This document shows positions 58,901 through 64,000 of a stretch of DNA of 64,000 bases, piece after piece (position 1 is the stretch's first letter; each line of letters starts with the position of its first letter). Made by a program: the position numbers and the translations under genes. Origin of the DNA: a virus; the IMG/VR virus record IMGVR_UViG_3300045988_080466, one strand, 5' to 3'. The notes below the pieces were generated by a model. The model saw nothing but the letters and a program-made list of their open reading frames with translations, ran no database searches and was not told where the DNA came from.

Positions 58901-61900
58901 ATGCCCTAACTTTAAAAATGAGTGATGTGAGATTCGACCTATATGATGAATTTGGCAAAGAGGTTACTACTCTTACTGAAAACATTAATAGAGAAGCTTC
59001 TCAAAAGGACTTCGTTGATAGACTTACTCTTAAAGCTAAACAGGAACTATACAATAAGTTGCATATAGAATCTGATGAAAATGCAACATACGAAAATATT
59101 TGGATTAACAATAGAACTCAAAGACTAAATAATTACTACATTCTTAAAAAGAACGGAAGTAAATACGATATAGTTGATGATATAGATTTTATGAAAGTTG
59201 CAGGTAATACAGACTATGAAGTAGTACTTAACCCTGACTTAGACCTTTATAAGTCCATTGACAATTTAGTTAGTGACAACTACAATGCAGCAACTATTGG
59301 ACTTCCATTTTTGCATCCTGCTAAGAAAGCAGCAGTTGCAAATGATGCTCCGCTCATTGATAAAATCAATGAAGAAGCAGCAAGAACAACGGCTATGTAT
59401 AAGAGAGGTGTAGTAGTTGGAGCTACAATTCATCCATTCATCAAAGGTAAGATTACTGGTATTCCGGATACTTACAAACTTGCAATAATTGAAGACTTAA
59501 AAACTCCAGTATTCAATGTACAGGGAGATGATGATGGAGCTACACAATTTGACGGTGGTATCTTCCTAAATCCTATGATTGCAAGATACGAGCAAAACTC
59601 TCTTGAAGAAATTGAAATGAGTCCTATCCATAGAAAACCGCTTGGATATTTCTCTCTTTCAAATTATCTATCTTCTGGATTGTTAAAATGTGCTACCTTC
59701 GCTGTTACTAATGAGTATCTAAGAGCAGCACAGACTGGTGATGTTATAGGTAACTCCTTATTAAAACAAATGCTTGATGTTCAATGGGATATTCCAAATC
59801 TTGATATTACAGTTGATAGAAACGGAAGAAAAATCTCTTACAATGGACAAATGTATAGAGACATCAATACTCTTAAATATTGGAGCATTAATAATATTGA
59901 GAAGCTTAACAAGATAGGTTATGATGAAAATGGCAACCTTGACAATACATATGAAATTACTAGAACTCAAATTGATAAGAATGGACAAGCTCTAAAAAGA
60001 GATGGTTCTATCATTACTGAAAAAATCAGGGTTAGAATTGATACTAACTATGATTTATGGATGGCTTTAGGTGGAGAGTTCTCCGTATCAAGAGACGGTA
60101 AGACTTTAAAAGAGAGTGAATCTTCATTGGATAAACTGACAGAAGTAGGAAACCAAGTAGCTTTCAATAGAAACAACATTGATGATATCCCTCTTATTCA
60201 AGAAGCTAGACGTCATGGAGCTAGAATAGATATTTATCCAACTGGTTTTGATGAAGATGTATCTCAAAATACATACTATCAACCAATGAAATTCTCTGGT
60301 ATTGCTTACCTTGCTACTGCTGGTGCAGTTAAAAATGGTATGGCTAATGTAAATCCAGGAAGATTGTTTAAGAACGGATATAATCCAAATATTCAAGCCC
60401 TTGAGGATTCTGACAGAATAATTTACGGACATCCTGCTATTGGTAAAACTTATGCAAAAGCAAGACATGATTCATTCCTATCATTTGACGACGATTATGG
60501 TAATGCTATTAGGAACTTTGTTGACAAAAGACTTAAGGAAGGACAAACTCGTCAAGACTATAAGAGAGAATCCCCGGAGGAATATAGACAGTTCTTACTT
60601 GGACTTTATGAAACCGCCAAGGCTAAAGCTAATGATGAAGGAAAAAGATTATTCTTCTCTGATTCAATCTTATTACAGGCTTTAGATGAAACTGGAAGAC
60701 TTGAAGAGGTAGACAAAGCTCTTTCTATGAACCCTGATGAATTTGTAGAGAGAAGTAGAAATAGAGGAGAAATGGATGATGCAAATACAAGGGATTGGAA
60801 AAATACTATTGATTTGTATCTTAATAAAATTTCTGACAGAATAGTTAATGTAGGAAGAAATTATTTACTCGACATTCTTGACAATACTAGAAAGAAACAT
60901 CAACGCTCTCAACTTACATATATTAATATCAAACCAGACTTTATTGGAATCCAGCTAAATGCTGAACACAGTGTTGATGAAGCTGAAGTATCTGAAATGA
61001 CACAGGTAATTTCTGCACTTGAACAAATGAGTACAAGTCATGGAATGGCTAATCAAGTGTATGAAGATATTGGTAGAGTAATTGCAAGGGGTCTGCAAGA
61101 ATATAACTTCGATGCGAACAGTGAAGAGGATAAAACTAGAGTATATAAAATCTTAGGTAGAGACTTATTAAGAACATTCTCAACCGGAGATAAGGACAGA
61201 CTAGGACTTGCAGGAGCTTATATGGAATTAGTAAAAAAAGACATCCTTAGTGATAAATCTTTACAGGATATGGCATATAAGATTCCATTTGATGATAACA
61301 ATATCTTTGGTGTATTTACTAATGGATTTACTAATGGAATCAATAGAGACATCATTAAACGTAAATATGCTGGACTTCAAGCTATTTTGAATCCTTCTCA
61401 CGATGTTGTTACAGTATATGACGGCCCAGATGGTGGAGTTCTTAAATATTCTGATATTCTTGGAAGAGTTAATACTCCCGCTGAAAGAGACGCTATCTTC
61501 AGAAAAATGGATACAGAAGTGGAAATTGGAGAAATCAGAGCAGGCGACTGGGTTTCAATACAAGGTGGAGAACCTGTTAAAGTTCTTAACTATCGTAGTA
61601 AAGCTCCAGGAACAATAGGTATTATAGACCTAAAGGATATGAGACTTAATGGAATATTATCTGTTAAACGTCTTGGCTCTAAAGGTAGAAATCTACGTTC
61701 TGCAAACCACGTTATTAAATTAGTTGATGGAAGTTCTTCTAACGGATTTACTACATTTGATGCTTATGACTTAGACACTTCAAGACTTTCTTGGGATTTA
61801 AAAGAAAAGAACTGGGTAGATAATGTAAAGAACAACCCAATGCAGTTACAAGCTTGGAATGAAATAGTTCAGAGAATCTATGATAAATATGGAAGAACCA

Positions 61901-64000
61901 TTACTTTTAATACAGATAAAGGAGAAATTAACGGATATTTAAGAGATTTAATCACTGATGATTTAGCTGAAATAGCACAGGGAAGGTATAGAATCCCAGT
62001 AGCTTATAGAAGCGGAGAAAATATCTTTGCACAGGTTGCAGAAGATAGATTTGATGCTAATGAACTTGCTATTGGTAAGAATACTGCTTCCAAGTTTGGA
62101 TTAAAGATTGGTGACTCTTTAAGTGAAATTGAAGCAACTGGACCTTTATTCTTTGAAAGAAGACAAAGAGAAATCTTAAATACTGATATAGGCAGCAACA
62201 ATTATGACATGTACTTTGTTAAAAACAATAAACAACATTTACATGTTATGTTAAGCAACAATCCTGCATCTAAAGCCAGAATTGATTCCTTAATAAAGGA
62301 TGGAATTATGGTTGAAGATAAAGGAGTTGAAAAGACAACAGTCAATGGTAAAAACTATGTGATAGTAGACGGGCAAATAGGTTATAGAATTGATGATGAT
62401 TCTAAGTTCTATAATTACATTACGTCTGCAGGAGAAAGTAGACAAGTCCTAGTTACATCTGATGTAGACACTTTAAGAGGAATTGATAAGTCTAAATTAT
62501 ATAGCAATGCTGTATATAAGTATAGCTCTGGAAACATTGCAACTTTATTCCCATTACAAATAAACTCAATGTTTACTTCTTTAGAAGATAAAGCCATACT
62601 AGAAGAATGGTATGATGCTCTTAAAGAAGCAGAAACTGAACAGGATAAGTACGATATTGCAAATGAAGTGAATGAGCAAACAGCTTTAAATCTTGAAAGA
62701 AGAATTAAGAAATCTGCACAAGACACTTTCACTTCCTGGCAAGAAGCTCTAAAGTTCATTGTGGCTCGTATTCCTTCGCAGTCTATGCAGTCATTTATGA
62801 ACATGAAAGTAGCAATGTTTACTGAATCAGAAACAAATATTTGTTATGTCCCAGTAGAACAGATTTGGTATCAAGGTTCCGACTTCGATATTGATAAAGC
62901 TTTTATGTTGGGAGCTAGTATCTCTAATCAAGGTATTTATTATAATTGGAGTCCGCTATTTAACTTTAATAGTCAGGAATTACTTTCTATATCTCATGAT
63001 TTACCATTCCCTACTGGATATAAATATTTCTTAGATAATGAAGTAGGATTCCCTCTTGAAGGTGATTATTCGAACTTATTTGGTAAAACTTATGATGAAA
63101 TTACACACGACCCTATATTATTTAGGAGTTTAGTAAATCTAATAAGAGAAGTTAGTAAATTCCCTCCGAGTGGAAATGCTAATATGGTTAAAATTGCAGG
63201 TCTTAATGAAGAATTAATTGACCTAATAGGAATCCATAATGAGTATGAACTTGGGGAAGCTGATTATCAAGAAGCAATTAAGAATAAAGTATTTAATGCT
63301 TTATGGAGAATTGGAGCTGATGTTAAGAACGTAGTTTCTGCAACATCTCCTATCTCAATGGGTCCTGCTCAAGATGCTGCTGCTGCTTCCACATCTGGAC
63401 AGTTCAGTAAGCTAGTATCTAATGAAAATCCGGGAGCTAGAGTAATTCTACAATACCAGAACTCTATTGGTAAAGACGGTATTGGTGTATATGCTACTGG
63501 TATTAAAGTATTCTCTATCTTACTTAACTACTATAATGAAAAATTAAGTAAAGCAACAGAAGATAATCTAAATAGATATACCTTTTATAATGAGAATAGT
63601 GAAAACAAGGGAACAATAGAAGTATATGACAATGAAGGTAATAAACATATTATTCAACAGAGCCCTACACTTCCTAATGTTAAAGTAGACCCAACAACTA
63701 ATCCTGCATTATTAAGTCTTGCAGAAGCAATAATCAAGAGAGGATTCCAAGAAGACGTATTCTTAACTGACTCTGTGCTTCTATCTGCTGCTACCGATAA
63801 TGCTAAAGAACTTATTCTTGAAAAGATTAATGCTGGTCCAGACCTTGCATCTGTTTACATTTATTTATTTGCGACTGGAGTAGACTTTAAAACAGCTTCT
63901 GACTTTATGACAACAAGAGCTGTAACAATGGCTCAAAATAAAGCCAAGACCGATATTCTATATATAAATGGTAAGAAAAATAATCTGGATAAGGCTGTTA
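55990..64000 (+). CDS. giant crAss-type virion RNA polymerase (two double-psi beta-barrels in one chain); 3' end outside the window (over 2670 codons in window)
   Basis: Frame 1 has ATG at 55990, 1 nt after the upstream stop. No listed + strand ORF terminates afterwards, so the frame stays open to nt 64000. The beta-prime-like motif is FIVARIPSQSMQSFMNMKVAMF...YVPVEQIWYQGSDFDIDKAFML (DFDID at 62881-62895), paralleling NRxPSLHxxS...NADFDGD of Rpb1/beta-prime. The beta-like motif is MYKRGVVVGATIH...GATQFDGGIFLNPMIARY (about 59395-59600), paralleling RHGxKGVV...D(I/V)xLNPxGVPSRM. Confidence 0.8.
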   Translation, partial: MIKCRVVPEITEIGAAYDAAIENFPDNLEPDSVEGRREVISSALNYLKDNGIVPSQQSLGLIQNELIRYDRDGYEGIFGFATNEKETRDLIEQNWDIVSIDEDAKNIAPEANDFPQAPIPSISEGLDSIFDNINDQSRFVRHFQNELTRFAFVNYNLNKLISTNRDLNDSIRMYKNQIFQELAKEIGSPVTQMYAGREFQLEAYNNLIKDARIYFFEDVKDGVFVSTDQDRINAYNKYVILTNFDGFLLRYSKNIIQVARGFVGGHIDPKAGYKYTFNLGKHIKQDYNNELQDINEHVNGAVQMFVNSIPMVDEHNNPTGQYVEFKTFNSLTRIFRNISENNPGITREIRNNPREAIKEIINIAYNNSKTYFKGNDATLYPTFRSVRRAVFDITNPSSLASLESSITSPDQMNLFSMILNHINKTSPVSYLQYKYNPDTGKYVVSYLDSESISQKRTDLEKHLMIQSTYDNFSDIFSKHSINPVEDADGVVSNITFNIGGAHYNYNLSNKALTKNGIVVQDYLSELLSNRSGWGQFFSDVMRKPIDATFIETATEVNDSEDLKGFLNVAMATVINADAKDAAIKAGETLKDVISTRYSRIIPEDSKATTYYDRRLDSLRIGGILDGLRGLIALSRTIAANNRDTTKSYVKNADGNSLPKYRLTSAGNDDSYILNDIRSIANFNPRNPMNSNLFISTDGLLTGTALKTDFTNSEGTSKNIFKMQANELLYSQFVFDYLQTRDKNSANRQSNELAGIVAIQPTTYSDKSNIWVKLVDLYKTLSFKDMYGNNLFEGKSLSDLTVNELNQLRFSTLHGMFQGLSNQLVNDYKMLFAAVDGVYVNELGEFDETDYKQMSPALKALVEKQTQYIGDEGSYEYYGYKEGLTVEDFIPMLSKLDTDTIHNAIYMLQSMGQDITILPEVHYIQTKKGLAFNTTLLENIKSYSLRDKSNQSTLDNISDSYWTKKKEEDKLYALTLKMSDVRFDLYDEFGKEVTTLTENINREASQKDFVDRLTLKAKQELYNKLHIESDENATYENIWINNRTQRLNNYYILKKNGSKYDIVDDIDFMKVAGNTDYEVVLNPDLDLYKSIDNLVSDNYNAATIGLPFLHPAKKAAVANDAPLIDKINEEAARTTAMYKRGVVVGATIHPFIKGKITGIPDTYKLAIIEDLKTPVFNVQGDDDGATQFDGGIFLNPMIARYEQNSLEEIEMSPIHRKPLGYFSLSNYLSSGLLKCATFAVTNEYLRAAQTGDVIGNSLLKQMLDVQWDIPNLDITVDRNGRKISYNGQMYRDINTLKYWSINNIEKLNKIGYDENGNLDNTYEITRTQIDKNGQALKRDGSIITEKIRVRIDTNYDLWMALGGEFSVSRDGKTLKESESSLDKLTEVGNQVAFNRNNIDDIPLIQEARRHGARIDIYPTGFDEDVSQNTYYQPMKFSGIAYLATAGAVKNGMANVNPGRLFKNGYNPNIQALEDSDRIIYGHPAIGKTYAKARHDSFLSFDDDYGNAIRNFVDKRLKEGQTRQDYKRESPEEYRQFLLGLYETAKAKANDEGKRLFFSDSILLQALDETGRLEEVDKALSMNPDEFVERSRNRGEMDDANTRDWKNTIDLYLNKISDRIVNVGRNYLLDILDNTRKKHQRSQLTYINIKPDFIGIQLNAEHSVDEAEVSEMTQVISALEQMSTSHGMANQVYEDIGRVIARGLQEYNFDANSEEDKTRVYKILGRDLLRTFSTGDKDRLGLAGAYMELVKKDILSDKSLQDMAYKIPFDDNNIFGVFTNGFTNGINRDIIKRKYAGLQAILNPSHDVVTVYDGPDGGVLKYSDILGRVNTPAERDAIFRKMDTEVEIGEIRAGDWVSIQGGEPVKVLNYRSKAPGTIGIIDLKDMRLNGILSVKRLGSKGRNLRSANHVIKLVDGSSSNGFTTFDAYDLDTSRLSWDLKEKNWVDNVKNNPMQLQAWNEIVQRIYDKYGRTITFNTDKGEINGYLRDLITDDLAEIAQGRYRIPVAYRSGENIFAQVAEDRFDANELAIGKNTASKFGLKIGDSLSEIEATGPLFFERRQREILNTDIGSNNYDMYFVKNNKQHLHVMLSNNPASKARIDSLIKDGIMVEDKGVEKTTVNGKNYVIVDGQIGYRIDDDSKFYNYITSAGESRQVLVTSDVDTLRGIDKSKLYSNAVYKYSSGNIATLFPLQINSMFTSLEDKAILEEWYDALKEAETEQDKYDIANEVNEQTALNLERRIKKSAQDTFTSWQEALKFIVARIPSQSMQSFMNMKVAMFTESETNICYVPVEQIWYQGSDFDIDKAFMLGASISNQGIYYNWSPLFNFNSQELLSISHDLPFPTGYKYFLDNEVGFPLEGDYSNLFGKTYDEITHDPILFRSLVNLIREVSKFPPSGNANMVKIAGLNEELIDLIGIHNEYELGEADYQEAIKNKVFNALWRIGADVKNVVSATSPISMGPAQDAAAASTSGQFSKLVSNENPGARVILQYQNSIGKDGIGVYATGIKVFSILLNYYNEKLSKATEDNLNRYTFYNENSENKGTIEVYDNEGNKHIIQQSPTLPNVKVDPTTNPALLSLAEAIIKRGFQEDVFLTDSVLLSAATDNAKELILEKINAGPDLASVYIYLFATGVDFKTASDFMTTRAVTMAQNKAKTDILYINGKKNNLDKAV

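Noticed and set aside
104-62804. About 60 minus-strand ORFs of 60-156 aa in the track (e.g. 22024..22413, 31069..31458, 35131..35505, 42054..42524, 62415..62804).
   Set aside because: Every one lies antisense inside a much longer + strand ORF with recognisable protein features. Their products are low-complexity or Ser/Leu/Ile-rich shadows. None has its own intergenic space, promoter or terminator.
1-64000. Stop-codon reassignment (TAG or TGA recoding), as reported for some crAss-like lineages.
   Set aside because: Genes in this window terminate at TAA (most), at TGA (e.g. 13939, 20592, 33157, 44910) and at TAG (21484, 46823). No long gene is broken by in-frame stops. The standard code fits.
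1-64000. tRNA genes, CRISPR arrays, integrase/transposase genes and terminal repeats.
   Set aside because: Intergenic regions are short, with only two over 200 nt. One is the TR region and the other is hairpin-rich with no cloverleaf-like arrangement. No spaced direct-repeat array or recombinase motifs were noticed. This was checked by eye only.

Overview
All credible genes in this 64-kb window are on the + strand. It looks like the late/structural half of a visibly AT-rich crAss-like (Crassvirales-type) podophage, probably infecting Bacteroidota. All calls come from reading the sequence and ORF track by eye; no database search was possible, so product names rest on motif recognition. Gene order: (1) a receptor-binding block with a 5'-truncated BspA/DUF285-type LRR protein, a 2160-aa fibre with five LamG-like modules and a 675-aa fibre; (2) a complete diversity-generating retroelement (DGR) attached to that last fibre; (3) small unknown genes, a 1135-aa tail fibre and an Amidase_3 lysin; (4) an acidic scaffold-like protein, a putative major capsid protein and a BACON/Ig-like decorated protein; (5) connector and tail-barrel proteins including an HU/IHF-like protein and DUF192; (6) a run of putative ejected cargo proteins; (7) a 3053-aa giant protein with a full SF1 helicase motif set; (8) a giant ORF of more than 2670 aa, missing from the ORF track because it has no stop in the window, that carries beta-like and beta-prime-like double-psi beta-barrel motifs (NR-P-S-like ARIPSQSMQS ... 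DFDID), i.e. the crAss-type virion RNA polymerase. The strongest signal is the DGR. VR 12239-12337 and TR 12451-12549 align gaplessly with 28 differences, all at TR adenines. The adjacent RT has the DGR hallmarks PIGNYLSQ and YADD. This DGR is atypical: no Avd-like gene is visible, the RT has a TTG start and the RT carries a ~90-aa basic C-terminal extension. Other points worth a second look are a shared N-terminal leader and basic-x-GG motif across consecutive cargo proteins, the helicase inside a cargo-like giant, a possible P-loop insertion between the two RNAP barrels, and insulated promoter/terminator units with Bacteroidota-type -33/-7 boxes. No tRNA, CRISPR, integrase or transposase was seen. 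TAA, TAG and TGA all terminate genes, so the standard code applies.
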